Shown: positions 39,041 through 52,737 of the stretch, in pieces
Layout of the letters: the number at the start of each line of letters is the position of its first letter
How positions within the stretch are numbered: the first letter of the stretch is position 1
Origin: Syncephalis fuscata S228
Taxonomy: Eukaryota > Fungi > Zoopagomycota
Length of the DNA: 64,000 bases
Direction: 5' to 3'
Assembly (NCBI GenBank): GCA_025786725.1
Contig: JAHLTZ010000002.1
Location: 310,001-374,000 of the forward strand
The notes under the pieces: generated by a model
What the model was told of the DNA's origin: nothing
Seen by the model: the letters and a program-made list of their open reading frames with translations, nothing else
The model's database searches: none
Made by a program: the position numbers and the translations under genes

Positions 39041-39745
39041 TTATAAAGCTACTACACAAAAATAAATAGAAATATTATAATGAAAATATCTGTCATTAAA
39101 TGCACTAGTATTAATGAACAGTAATGAAATACGATGTACAAGTGAGAATATTTATAATGAAATAATAGGCTTGGCCAGTGATAGTTTGTTAAACGAATAA
39201 GATCAAAATGAAATCGATGATGCGTGGGATGTAGTGTAAATAATACTCTCAATTTAATATTTAATAACAATATTGTTAATGTTATTATTAGTATTAAATC
39301 AATTAACAATTATTTGTAATACAGATTGATATGCCAACTGTTATTGTTATGATTATTACTAAATTTAATACCATTAATGACTCCCATGTATACAAGGCTA
39401 GTATGTTGTAGTACAAATACTAAACAAGTTGACATTTTTAATAATCCATTTTATACTCTCTCTTATTTATCCTCGTGCGTGTGAGTGTGACTCTAATAAA
39501 CGGCCTTTATCACCAAGACTAGTTCACCTCATCTCTCTCTCTCTCTACTGGCCTACTCTTGCCCATTGCTTACATTCTTCTTCTTCTTCCTCTTATTGTT
39601 TATTGTTTATCTGTCTGTTTGTCGTGTGTCTTTTCTATAAAAGTAATAATTAGTGTAACTTTGGTTAGCTATTTTAAAATAACAATTAAGCACGCGTATA
39701 AGACGACGACGACAACAACAACAGTTATAATAATACTGCTATACT

Positions 39746-41288
39746 ATGACGACTGTAATACCACCAGTGTCTAATCCTTCGGATCTGTGTCTTCAATAGC
39801 TCAAGGTACTGCTACAGAGTCAACACTCTCGCCTCGTCCAGTATCCATTTCCGGTCTATCATCGGCATCCAATTCGGACAATGGAAGCAGCGATATACCA
39901 TTAACTGAGGTTCAATCGACCCTGCCTATAAATGGCGGGTCGACGAGCAATGTAGCCGTAGATAGAGCGGATACACCGGCTCAAGATGCACTAAATTCCA
40001 CGGAAGCACTGGTAAGCATAGACATTATTGTAATAATGACAATTCTTACTGATACGGCAAATAGCCAGAGTTAAATGGAGCAGCAGTCGGTCCACTACCT
40101 ACCGATGATACAGCCACTGCACAGAATGGACAACATGCAAACCCACTTCCCAGTATAATGTTAAATGAATATGTCCCACTTTCTCTTACTGGTGACATGG
40201 ATAGTCTTGAGGCAATGATCTATCGGTAAGTGAATGGATTAAATTGAGTGCCACTTTTAATGTTTATTCTATTCTATAATATGCTTTTAGTCCTATTGTT
40301 CAAGGAGAGAAATTACTATGCAGTATTGTTCGTAGACGGGATGGTGCTAATCGATTTTATCCTATGTACGAGCTATATCGCGACGATCATCAAGATCATG
40401 GTATACCATTGTTAAAGGCGCGTAAATGTCGACAGACAGGTGGATCACGATATGAAATTATTGTATGTGATCAAGATGGAAACGAGCGAGTTGTTGGTAA
40501 AGTTCGGTAAGATAATAGTTGTAGTGATTTAATACACTTTGATATTAATATAATCGTGGATTAATAATTAGCTCAAATTTTATTGGTACAGCTTTTGCTG
40601 TTTACGATAATGGACGTAATCCATTTCGTGGCGATAAAGACTCGGATAAGGGACGTTCTATACGCCAAGAACTGGCTGGTGTCATTTATGTATGTATATG
40701 TGTATATATGCAATAACTCTGAATAGATATGATAATGGTTATATAATGAACTCATATAGGAACCCAATATACTAGGATTTAAAGGACCACGTCGTATGAC
40801 CATTTTAATGCGTCGTATGGGACCAAACGAGCAACGTATTCCTCATCAGCCTATTAAGGTAGATAGTTAAAGAATACAAAATATCAATACTGATACTTTA
40901 ATAGAGAGAAGATACATTATTGGGACGATATAAATGCAAAAATGTAAAAGATTCGCTTGAACTACACAATAAATCACCACAATGGAACGAAGAGACTCAA
41001 TCGTATGTGTTAAACTTTAACGGGCGAGTTACTTTAGCGTCTGTAAAAAACTTTCAAGTAGTGCATCCCAATGACTGTAAGTAATTATTGTTGAACATGA
41101 TCCGTATGGTTATTAATATAAATCTATATACCAATACACCAACTATTATATTAGTGGATTATATTGTAATGCAATTTGGTCGTATTGCACGTGATCATTT
41201 CACCATGGATTTCCAATATCCTATGTGTCTTTTACAAGCATTTGGAATTGCATTAAGTAGCTTTGATGCAAAACTTGCCTGTGAATAG
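39746..41288 (+). CDS. Tubby-like protein, multi-exon; start uncertain
   Basis: [88 protein letters not shown]. Confidence 0.93.
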
Positions 41289-41440
41289 TGATTATATTCA
41301 TTTTGTTTTACATAAAGCAGCAGCAGTAGCAGTAGCAGTAATAATATAACAATATATCCAGACTATGGTATGTTATACCAATAATAAAAAGTCGTACATT
41401 ATGTATCTTAACATGAGATTTATTAAAATGGTAACACCAA

Positions 41441-42265
41441 TTATTGCGTCTTCTTCTTGTTCTTTTTCTTGTGACCAGCACTCTTGGCTTTGGACTTGTC
41501 CGAGTTCCAGTAGTAGATCATTTGTGCACTAACAACACCACTGAAGGCTGACGAGAGCGCAATACTGACAAGAATAACCTATTAGGAATAATAAAGAGTT
41601 AATATAGTTATAGTGTTTAATAATAAAACAACGCCTACCTTATCGTCAACTTCTTGCAATGTGGTGAATACGCGAGCTGCTGAGCCAAGGAATGAGGAGA
41701 ACACGGTAAATGCTGACAGCTGTCCAGTACTTCCTTCGCGGTAGTTTTCCATAATTTGTGGTATCTTGCCGGCTAGAAGCACGGGAATGGAGCTTGCCTG
41801 CAACCAGGTCAAGGTTGAAAGCGAGAAAATGCTTTCGTGATACAGGCCAACAAAGACGGCCAAACATGCCAATACTGTCATGGCTCCAGTAGCCATATGA
41901 CCGCTATAAAGATGAATCAAATAGAGAATAACAACGTTTTGCGCGAAGATAAAATAGCCTTCTCCGTACGTGCTAAACGCGTTATTTAAACGAATATTAT
42001 ACGCCAACATAAGTGCAAAGCCTATAGTTTCGATGACTAGCGAATTGACACTTAGACCTTTGCCACTACGAGCGGCAATGATCTTTGCAATCTGTGGCAG
42101 TTTTAATAGCGCCCCACCTGCTACTAGTGCTAGGCCTAAGCCTTTCGACATCAGTAGCTTGATGCAGTCTGCATTGGCAAAATTAAATTTAAGAAAAAGC
42201 TCTGTATAGCATGTAGGTGTAATCAAAGCGACTATAGGGTCGCGTAGCACAGCAGGGAGATCCAT
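41441..42265 (-). CDS. MPDU1: Mannose-P-dolichol utilization defect 1 (PQ-loop) protein; one intron ~41579-41638
   Basis: SKGLG...KLPQIAKI, FSTYGE, KIPQI...STGQLS...ARVFTTLQEVDD; C-terminal KKTQ ER-retrieval motif. Confidence 0.92.
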
Positions 42266-42716
42266 CACTAGTATACTGAAAGCGATGAAAGGCAAAGAAG
42301 AACAAGTGGAAGTACAAACAACAATAATGCAAGTAACCTGAATTGTCCGTATTAATACATCGGTGATTTTAGTGTGTTTGTTGCTGATTGGTTCCAGGCA
42401 GGCTGATAGTTCCCACCAGTTAGAATGTCACTGGCCATGAGAATGATTTAATTCACGATTATAAGTGGTGTTAGGTTGTAAAGAGTGGTTATTCTACCTG
42501 ACCATCTAAAGCTATGACAGAAAGTAGAAGATCTAAATTGCCGATAATTTAGCACCATTGATGAATTGATCCTCTGATGTAACATTTAATAAAGTTGATT
42601 AGCAGAAATTGCAAATCATAATTTGTTGAATCATAAATCTTTATTTTGTAACATTTGTAATTTGGCAGAATCTTTCTATAAAGTGGAATTAAATCATCAA
42701 AACTACTTTGTAACTT

Positions 42717-43354
42717 CTAGCTTTTAACTTGGAATGAGCAATGTGCTTTACCGGCTTTAAATAGTCCGACTGGTTTGTAGCCAGATAGTTGGGTTTTTAC
42801 ATCCACATCACCAAAGGCACAGCGCAAATAGCCAATCATTCTTTCATCTCTACTTTGAATATAGGTTGCATAAGTAAATGTACCAGAAGAAAACCAAGGT
42901 ATAACTTGTACATAGTTGACAAGGTTAGGAACTTTTCCAAGTGCTGTCTCGCCGTTAAGAGCTAGAATGCCAGTGGCTTTCTCAGTACTGCCAATCTCCA
43001 TGCCCATGTGGATGTACGAAACGCAATGGAACTGATGTTGCTTATTTCCAACAACAATATTGTTTCTAACCAACTTGAGTGTGCCTATAGTGTCTGGTAC
43101 ATTGGCTGGTTTTGTTCCAGAATAGCATTCAGTAGTAAAATGTCCAGCATTTGTAGTAAGTTTATCCAGGTTATGGTTCCATTGTCCAACCATGACTTCT
43201 TGGGCAGTGAATTGGTTTTTTGATTTATTAATCAAGCTTAGCTCTTCTGCTGGTCGAGAACTGGTACGGCATCTACGCCTGAGAAGGAACCAGCGGTAGC
43301 AACGAAGCCAAAGGCAGTGGCGGCAGCAGCAATAAGAATAGAGTATCCGTGCAT
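42717..43354 (-). CDS. Secreted protein of unknown function (~210 aa), frameshift near 43260
   Basis: MHGYSILIAAAATAFGFVATAG signal-like segment upstream of the 172-aa ORF with four Cys; intronless. Confidence 0.65.
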
Positions 43355-44121
43355 TGTTGATGATATGTTCTAAAGTGATCTAGCGGTAAAGAATTTGTTT
43401 AAAATCGTAAAGAATTGTTAAAAGGCGAGTAAAGAAATCGCAGATAATGACAAGTAAATGCTGGTATTTATATCTTTAAAAGAGCAGATTTTACGTTTGC
43501 TTTTATCCAAAGCCAGATTATTGAATTTTTGCACGCTGTCACGGTCATTAATTAGAACTGAGTAGAAAAATGTAGACGCTTTTGGTTGATTGTTCAAATA
43601 AGCATTACCATTTTCGATTGTAGTCCAAAATTGTAAATTTGATGTTTCAGCACCACATTGTAATATACCATTATTATTGCTACGTTTTAAAAATAACATT
43701 GCTAGAGATATGACTTATTGTGGATTGCAAATTCGACTTAATACTGCTGCGTTTTAGCTTTTATTGATACTGAGAAACGTGAACATTACAAATACTTTTA
43801 TAAATTATAATTTTATAAAGCTTAGTTTTTTATTTATGTACAAATAATAAAATGATAATTATAAATATATAAAAATTTATGCATATTTATTGATATAAAA
43901 ACCAAGCATTTATATAGTTAGCTTTTGTGCAAGTGAAAGATAACGTTTGAAATATGATAAAAATGTGCAATTACAATTCTTCAATAAGGAAGGAACCAGA
44001 TAGTTGCTATAACCAAACAGTAGCAACACGTGATGCAACTCAGTTACAGGGTAAATTCTCAATTTCCCCTTTCTACTTGCGTCTGGGCAACTGTTTATTG
44101 TAATATTTCTATTTTCACAAT

Positions 44122-45763
44122 ATGGGAGCAACAAGTAGCCGAACGTCAATTTCGGCGCAATACAAAACTGTATTTACGCCGAATGAACAGGCAATATTAT
44201 TGGAAATACGCTTAACAAACTAGTAACCGAACTAGAAACTGGCGCTGTACAAAATGAAAAGAGTTTTATACAGATATTTCTAGTTGGTTGGTCATATCTA
44301 GTTAACAAAAATGATGTCTATACCATTTCTACAGCATCGTTAGCTGCAATACGGGATAAAGGTGGTCTAGACTATAAACCTGACCCTACACGATGGACAT
44401 CAAATGATGCTTTACGAGCAACTGCTTGGCTTATTCGAAGTGATTGTACAGAAAACATTACAGCTTGGTGGTGGCTGATAATGACCGCTTTATCCAATTC
44501 AACTGCACTATCACTTGTATCATTTCTAACAAATACTGTACAATTTGTATGGCAGCAGCAAAATCAGCCGGTACCCACAGAGCAAGCCTGTAAACGCTTG
44601 GTTTATTCACTGTTAAGGAGGGATTTGATATTGAGGATGAGCCATCGGCACATTGGCCTACAGACTCTGCTTCTGATTCTGATGATACAACGGAGCAATT
44701 GTTTAGACGAGACTCCGCATATCAACATTGGCTAAAACAATGTCAATCGACATTCTCCGAGAATACGATATCTTTAGAAGAATTCAGATCGTGGCTGAGT
44801 CGTTCGGAGGCCGCGCAAGCTTTACTGCTGCATTTGGCTGAATCTATTCTCTTAAAAAGTTCAAGTGCCGCTTTAATTAGCCGGAATGAGACGAATTTAT
44901 ACGGACTAAACTCGGAATCCAGCATAACTTCGCGGTTGTTACCGCAGTTAACGGGGAATTCAACATGCCTACTTGACTCAACGGACCGTTGGCTATTAGC
45001 GCGTCACATGCCTACTGATTGCCGTTTAACGTGGCGATTGGTATTTAGCACGCGTCATCATGGCAACAACTGGCAGCACTTTGCATCCGCTTTACTTCAA
45101 TCGGCTTCTACCCTTATTGTTATACGAGAAGCTCGACCATCTAACGACGATGTTAATAAAGAAACATCCATTGGCAGTCGTACATTTGGTGGATTTGTAC
45201 AAGAGCCGTGGCGTAAATTGCCCGATTTTTACGGCAACGCTGATAGTTTTCTTTTTACTCAGCAGCCCACGGGACCTCTATGCATCCATATGGCAACCAG
45301 TACAAACAGCAATTATCAATATTTCAATTACAGCACAAAATCATTACCTAACGGTAAGCTACATAAAGTTGGTTGACTATCATTAATGGTCTTAGGCATG
45401 GGCATGGGCGGACAACTAAACTATTTTGGGCTGTGGATAGCTGCGGACAATTTTGGGGTGGGCCAATGCAAGGCAGCTCCGCTAAACTCCACTTTTCGCT
45501 GTCCTCAGCTATCAACAGAGCCGCAATTTAAAATCGAAGATATGGAAGGCAGTAGTATGCGCACCATTACGTCTATTTGGCTAATATTCTTTCCGTGAAC
45601 CAGTCTGGTGTGTACGTGAGTTGGAACCTAATTCCGACAATTTGCCTTTGGTAGCGCCGTCATCCTTGATCAGCATTCAGATGCAGCAGCTATTTTAGAA
45701 ATGGCCGGCCGCACAATGTATTCGAAACAGCTAAGAGACCCCGATCTAGACCAAGATAACTAA
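44122..45763 (+). CDS. TLDc-domain protein (Rtc5/mEAK-7-like), myristoylation-type start; apparent frameshifts
   Basis: MGATSS start; WRLVFSTRHHG, TFGGF, FYGNADSFLF, NYQYFN...LPNG-MGMGGQLNYFGLWI, C-terminal AILEMAGR. Confidence 0.85.
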
Positions 45764-46837
45764 GTTTTTATCATGATAGTGTTGTCGTGATATATCATTA
45801 AAATATAGTTTTAACACTTCAATATTCACGTTTGAATTTACTATGTACCAATTAACTGTTGTTTAATCGATGCAATTATTAGGTTTTGCTTATTGAAATT
45901 ACTATTATATTATTTATCAATCGTGTAGCCATTTACCATTACATTAAAATAAAGTAAAAAATACACCAGGTGTTATTTATTGCAATATACTCAATACGCG
46001 ATCAAGCCAAGAGAAATAATTTGAATTACTTAATTTGGTAATCACAATTAGTGGTTTTAATTTTTATGAAAAGTCTAATTTGTTGCCATACTGTGTAACA
46101 TTAAACTTTAAACGTCAATATACGTGTATAATGCATATCAACAACACACATCATTTAATTACATAGGTAAAATTGTCAAGCTTTTGTCATTAAATTCGTT
46201 AAATTTGATAGAAATAATAACCAGTTAGCTTGTCTTTTGTCCGTTTAGCTGGCTTCTATACTTGTTAAAGATCAGAATAACTCTTCTATGGTATTTTCTT
46301 ACATCCTATACACAATATAGATTGTTCTATCTACGTATGACAATTTATTCCCTCAACTTTACGCCTTAAAAATTCCAAAGATGGATATAAAGAATATGGC
46401 TGGGCCGCAGTCTACGTTTTAGGAAACCTGGCTTTTGGCATCATACTATCGTGAGAATTTACAATGAGCATTTTTTTGTAGTTTCCATTTTTGTAATATC
46501 TTTTATTGCGTATGTTGCTTAATTGTCATGTGCCTTATCCTGATCTTAATTAAGCCAAATGATTTGTTGACCAGTCTTTGTGTTTGTTCACATAGACTGG
46601 CGCGAATAAAGTAATTTCCGCTTAACTTTGCAAGTAGAAATTTATATATATATTGGCAGCTATGTTCAATCAACAAAGCACAAAGTACCACACTATTCTA
46701 GTTGTCCATAATTGTCTATTTTATATCCTATTTCCAAATTAACTCTATTATAATTACTTTGAACATACTTCAACAATTGTCTATTATTTTCCAATCTACT
46801 GATATTAATATCTATTGTTATTATTCGCACAATCATC

Positions 46838-49375
46838 ATGCTGGGCTCCTTATCTTGCAAAAGTTTGGCCTGGTTGGCGCTGACCCTTGCATCAGCTGCG
46901 GTGGGCGTAAATGGAAGCTATAATGTAAGCATCATAAATTATAGCGATTTTATTCTAGCAGTTTTTTAATTTGCTGCTGTTTTTAGATTGGAGCGGGTAT
47001 TGCAGATATCACTGGGTAAGTTGAGCTGCTATACAAGTAATTTCATAAGTAATTAACGTTTTTATTTATCATGTAATCGATCAACAGACCTATCGGTAAG
47101 TGCTATAAATTAGAATAACTACGCATTTTATGCTTACTTAAAATATTTCTTACACCATTTAGCCGAGGTAACTTCATGGGCTATGCCAATCTTGAACAGA
47201 AAGGTGCCGGACTTCGCCAGCGTACCTATTCACGTGCCTTTATTATACATGATACGGAAACTGGCAAGCGAGTTGTACATGTTACTACGGATACAGGCAT
47301 GATGTCACAGTTCGTGCGTCAGCGTCTTTTAAAACGCTTAGAAGACAAGTTTGGAAGTGGCGTCTATACACGTGAAAATGTTATGATTACTGGCACGCAC
47401 AGTCACTCTGGTCCAGGCGGTTTTCTCGGATATCTGCTGTACGATCTAAGTATACTGGGCTGGATCGAACAAACTGCAGAGGCCATCACAACCGGTATTG
47501 CACTCTCCATTGAACGTGCTCATCAACGTCTACAACCGGGAAGCATTTCAGTCAATGTTGGTGAGCTGCTTGAGGCCAGCATCAATCGCTCACCTTCATC
47601 GTACGATGAAAACCCGGCGGAAGAACGGGCTCGCTACAAATACAATACCGATAAGGATATGACGCTGTTGCGCTTCAACGATGCTTCAGGCAAAGGTATT
47701 GGACAGCTCAATTGGTTTGCTACTCATGGCACAAGCATGAACAATACAAATGTATTGGTCTCCGGCGACAACAAAGGGTAGGCGGCTTAAAAGCCATCAT
47801 AATCGCTACTAATACGATCAAATAGATATGCCGCAATCAAGTTTGAACAAGCAATGAACCCACCAGAAAGTCAAACTGGCCTTGGAACCGGATTCGTGGC
47901 TGCTTTCAGTCAAACAAACATGGGCGATGTTTCTCCCAACATTGAAGGTGCCAAGTGCCTGGATACTGGTCTACCTTGTGACTATTTGACAAGTACCTGT
48001 AACGGCAAAAACGAACTATGTGTTGCTCGGTAAGCATGTGCAATTCTCTATTTATTCTAGCAACAACAAGTTATTATTTAGTGGTCCAGGATGGAAACAA
48101 GGCGATTTTGCCAGTAACCAGATTATTGGCGACCGCCAATATAATAAGGCTCGCGAACTATATGATGGCACTCCCCAGAAGGTTCTGTCTGGCCCTGTCG
48201 ACTTCCGTCACATGTATCTCGACATGTCGAATGCACCATTTACTTATGACAACGGCACTACAGGAACCACCTGTCCAGCTGCCATGGGATACGCTTTTGC
48301 TGCTGGCACTACTGATGGTAATGTAGATGCAGACATTTCATTAACATAGTCACTAATATTATATGTTTTGCCATAAATATAGGTCCAGGCCAATTCAATT
48401 TCTACCAAGGCCAGGATACATCGAATCCATTGTGGAATACGGTTGGAGCTGTTGTTACTAAAGCACCAAATGCTAAACAAGTTGCTTGCCAATACCCGAA
48501 ACCAATTCTGTTCAACACGGGCGAGTCACATACGCCTTATGAATGGCAACCTGCCATTATTGAGCTACAAGTATTCCGCATTGGCCAAGTGTTCATCGTG
48601 GGCGTCCCAGCTGAATTCACCACCATGTCTGGCCGTCGCATGCGAGATGCAGTAAAGAAAGCAGCAATTGCACAAGGTATTGCCGACGAAAATGCCACCG
48701 TGATCATATCCGGCCCAACCAACACCTACGCCAGCTATACCGCTACTCCTGAGGAATATGCTGCACAACGCTACGAGGCCGCCTCCACCATCTTTGGCCC
48801 AGGATCACTACCAGCCTACATCAAGAATGCAATCAGTCTGGTAGAAGCCATTGGCAAAAACTCGACTGTTACCTCGGCCCCTGCACCTCCTGATTTCTCC
48901 AGCAAATTCATGACTTTACAAACTGGTGTTGTCTTTGACTCTGTCCCACCTGGCAAATCATATGGTAGCATCAGCACCGATGTAAAATCTTCCTACAGCC
49001 GAGGCAGCACCGCTCAAGTAATTTTCTGGACCGGTCATCCCAAAAACGATCTTCTTTTGGAACAGAGCTACATTTCAGTCGAGCGTCAAGACCCAACCAC
49101 CAAGGCCTGGACACGCGTGCGTGACGATGGCTACTGGAGCACCCGCTACAAGTGGGACAAGGTTAATGGCTTGGGCCAAAACCGGGCTGTCATCGAATGG
49201 GACATTGAAGCCGATACTATACGTAAGTATAAATATACAAATATTTACTTGTTTTACTAAGCTTTATTTAATAGCGGGCACTTATCGAATTCGACACTTT
49301 GGACACCACCGCACGGTTTTCCAACAAGTTATTGCACATACTGGAACTTCTAGCACATTTACCGTAACTGCATAA
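46838..49375 (+). CDS. Neutral/alkaline non-lysosomal ceramidase, secreted; includes 8-nt microexon 47088-47095
   Basis: Signal peptide; GIADITGP, GLRQRTYSRAF, GTHSHSGPGG, INRSP, HGTSM, GDNKG, EFTTMSGRR, QRYEAASTIFG. Confidence 0.95.
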
Positions 49376-49635
49376 ATTATTTTACGAATGAATATTTTAT
49401 GGTAATAAATGGTTTTACTTAATAACAAGTTTTATAATAATGAATTTTGGTATCAAATAACTTTTATTCTTTTAATACATTTGTTATCATATTAATAATA
49501 CGTTTTATAATAATGAGTAGTTTTGATGTCAAATATATATACTGAATATATGCGTACTGAATAATAAATCTACGATGATGAGTGTTTTAATGACTAATAT
49601 CACGCATCATCCACCATCATGTTCAATAGATTAAG

Positions 49636-49747
49636 TGTTATTAAAATAGTCGGGGTGGTAGGCAAATGCTGCAAATGTGTGGTTAGGTCCTACGAACCGT
49701 TGTCTCACTCAAGCTAATAAATCCAAATTCAAATGTTATTAAAATAG
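49636..49747. mobile_element. 84-nt insertion flanked by perfect 14-nt direct repeats (candidate target-site duplication)
   Basis: tgttattaaaatag at 49636-49649 and 49734-49747; insert absent from the related repeat near 32620. Confidence 0.55.
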
Positions 49748-50285
49748 GCATTTGATCCCAAATCATATTAAATGACTAATGAATTGGTTAATTTAATGTA
49801 ATTCCATTAACATAAATAATATAAACAAATAAATCGCTAATAGTACTGCTAAAATAGAGCATACAACTAATTGCAGTATGTTAATATTTGCAAATAAAGT
49901 GTTTTTTTTTAACAATAGTAATAGTATGTGTTGTTTTAATCCTTTAAATAAAGCCGTAACAAACAACTGAACAACATGCAATCTTGATATGGCAATCAAC
50001 TTGTTATGCAATAGCTATTTAAATAGTAACTTGCTTCAATAACTAGAATAATAAAGCTAGTTCACCAGTTCTTCCTCGTACATTACGACTAATATCTATA
50101 GGCTACTATAATATATTTTAATTAAAGCAATAGCAAATTGAGTAGACAAATAAACAGTTTGTTTGGTTCATTAATTGCAAATAGTAATAATTTTGATTTT
50201 AACAAATAAAATGTTGCTGTTTTATTTGGTACCATAAGCTGCGTTTTATTAGCTTACAGTACTTTTAATCTCAAATCAAAACACT

Positions 50286-52092
50286 TTAGGCTTGCTTTTG
50301 TTTCTTCTGCTTAAGACGCAGTATACCAAATCCATATCTCACGACAGAAACAAACAGATAGATTGATGTAGCAACAATTAAAAGTATAAAGGCGTATAGA
50401 TCATAGTTGCCGGCTTTCCACCATGGCATGCGGAAATCCGCACTTTCGTGTGCTAGAATAGCACCGGGGATGGCGGCCAGCTCAACAAGATCAGCACCAC
50501 GATTGTGATCACGATTAGCCATATGAAACATACGCTGAAGACGGTTAATGTTGGTACGGATCTCTTTAGCTTCCTCCGATCCAGGTGATAGTAGTCGATG
50601 GAAGGCATCGCTCAAAGTGTCATGGCTAATCTCCTTCTTAGACAGCCATAAACCTGCTTTGTGTTCAGCCATTTTGTTTGCATTGATTAATTGATCACCA
50701 AAGCCTGGAAGGCCAAGAACTGGCACTCCAGCGTAAAGTGTTTCGTAAATAGAGCCGATACCGCAGTGTGTAACAAACAGCTGAGTAGATGGATGCGCTA
50801 ATACAGCACGCTGTGGTGCATTATCAAGCAGACGAATTACTGGATGCTTTCCAGAACGCATATCCTCAACACTATGGTCGACACCATCAATGGTAATTGT
50901 TTGCGGTATCGATTCTTTGTTATCAGCTGTCCGCACTAATCCCCAGATAACACCGTCAAGCAGACCATCTCTATGAGCAGCAAGCAACGAATAAAGTATT
51001 TTTGAAACACGATGAATTGGCAAAACAGAGGCAGTCCCAAATCCTACATAAACGGTGCGTTTATGGGTATCCAAGAATTCGGCAAGCTCGTCAGGCAGTG
51101 CTTCAACGGCATTTGATATGTGCGGACCAATCATAAATGTGTTGGATGGCAAAGGTTGAGGCGTCTACACAAACATCATTAGGTATTATTAAAAGCGCAA
51201 TCGTGCCATTACCTCAAAGCCAATAAAGCTATTAACCAATATAAATCCGTGCCTCCAAAGATCCGCGAATCCACTGTATGGTGCAATACCTGCCTTGGAC
51301 ATTGTGACCTCTCTTTTTTTCAAAATTTCTTTTATAGCAAAAAATACTTTTCCAGGCAAAATAATTTTGTCGTATAGACGATCAATAAAGCCTACATTCT
51401 CATATGTGGGCGGCATAGGCTGCATGTTGTTTGGTATATAAGGTTGCACCCCATGGCCTAGATATTACATTGTTACATATAATTACATTCTTTCTAATAC
51501 ACTTACCATATGTTCCCAACATATGTACGGTAATGACAAACGGACAGCCAACATCATGTGCAGCATCAACACAAGCAGGATTGCTAAAGTCGCATATGAT
51601 CACGTCAGCCGAGTTGTCACGAATCCATTGACGATAGAATTGAACATTTTCAACGTAGTTTTGCATGAGCATGTCAAGCACCCAATTAATTAAGTCCGTT
51701 AATTTCATTTCTTCATCGGAAAATAAAGCCTGACGAGACATTTCTAAAAACATAGCTTTATCCATTGGATTGGCGCCCATATCTACAGGACGTAACATAG
51801 GATGGTCCTTCAGCCACGAAGCTAACGTATCGTTGTAGCCAGCAAATGCTACTTTATGGCCGCGTGCAGCCAGGACATCACCTATAGATAGCTGGGGCGC
51901 TGCATGGGACTTGGTGCCCATCGCAGTGCTAATAAGAACATTCAACGGACGGCTGCCGAAGCTGGCGGGTGTTGGCCCAGAAGTATTCTGCTTGGTTGGT
52001 GCATTTACGTTTTTAGCGGATATATACGCTGACTTAGAACACAATATACAACTAAGTGCAAGAAAACAAAATAGCAACTTTTTACAAAGCAT
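50286..52092 (-). CDS. UDP-glycosyltransferase (GT1/UDPGT), complete copy B, two introns
   Basis: MLCKKLLFCFLALSCIL signal peptide, GTKSH catalytic His region, ARGHKV, DVIICD, UGT signature, C-terminal TM. Confidence 0.93.
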
Positions 52093-52737
52093 ATTGCAGT
52101 AACCAACGAATAAACAGTAAAAAGAGCAGTTGGACTCAATTCCTTGATAATCCATTTCTTTTTAAAGGCAATGTTCACTCTGGTAAACCTCGTGTTTATC
52201 GTTACACCAACGTCGGCATAACATGTACGGTTGCAACGTCATGCTGATGATGAGTCAATATGAATAATCTATTAGTGTAAAAATATGCTATAATATGGTA
52301 CAATATTTAATATCACGAATGCCCGTATTTTATTGTATCTAAAGCGTAAAGTAATTTTATAGCTAATTGAATATAAGAGTATATATATTAATGAATGTTA
52401 TACCAAAAATCATCAATAAAATTTTGTAATTGAGTGACGTAACCTTTGACGTTACACTATCCACATTCATTGATATGACAGCTGTCAAAATAAAATGATT
52501 ACATATAAAAACAATATAATCGTAATTACTATTTTTGTAATTAAATCATTATATTGCAACCACTATGCTTAACTATTTATTAAATGAAATATCAGTATTA
52601 GCATTTATAAACTTAAAATACAGTAGGTTATTTTCTGGCCTTAATAATTAAACAAAAATACAAGCTACATGATAGCAACTGCATAATGATAATATCATAC
52701 TAATAACAATATTTATTGTATTAAAGTCAGACTATTT

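Noticed and set aside
49650-49733. tRNA or tRNA-derived SINE
   Set aside because: No cloverleaf, no T-loop GTTC motif and no recognisable A/B boxes
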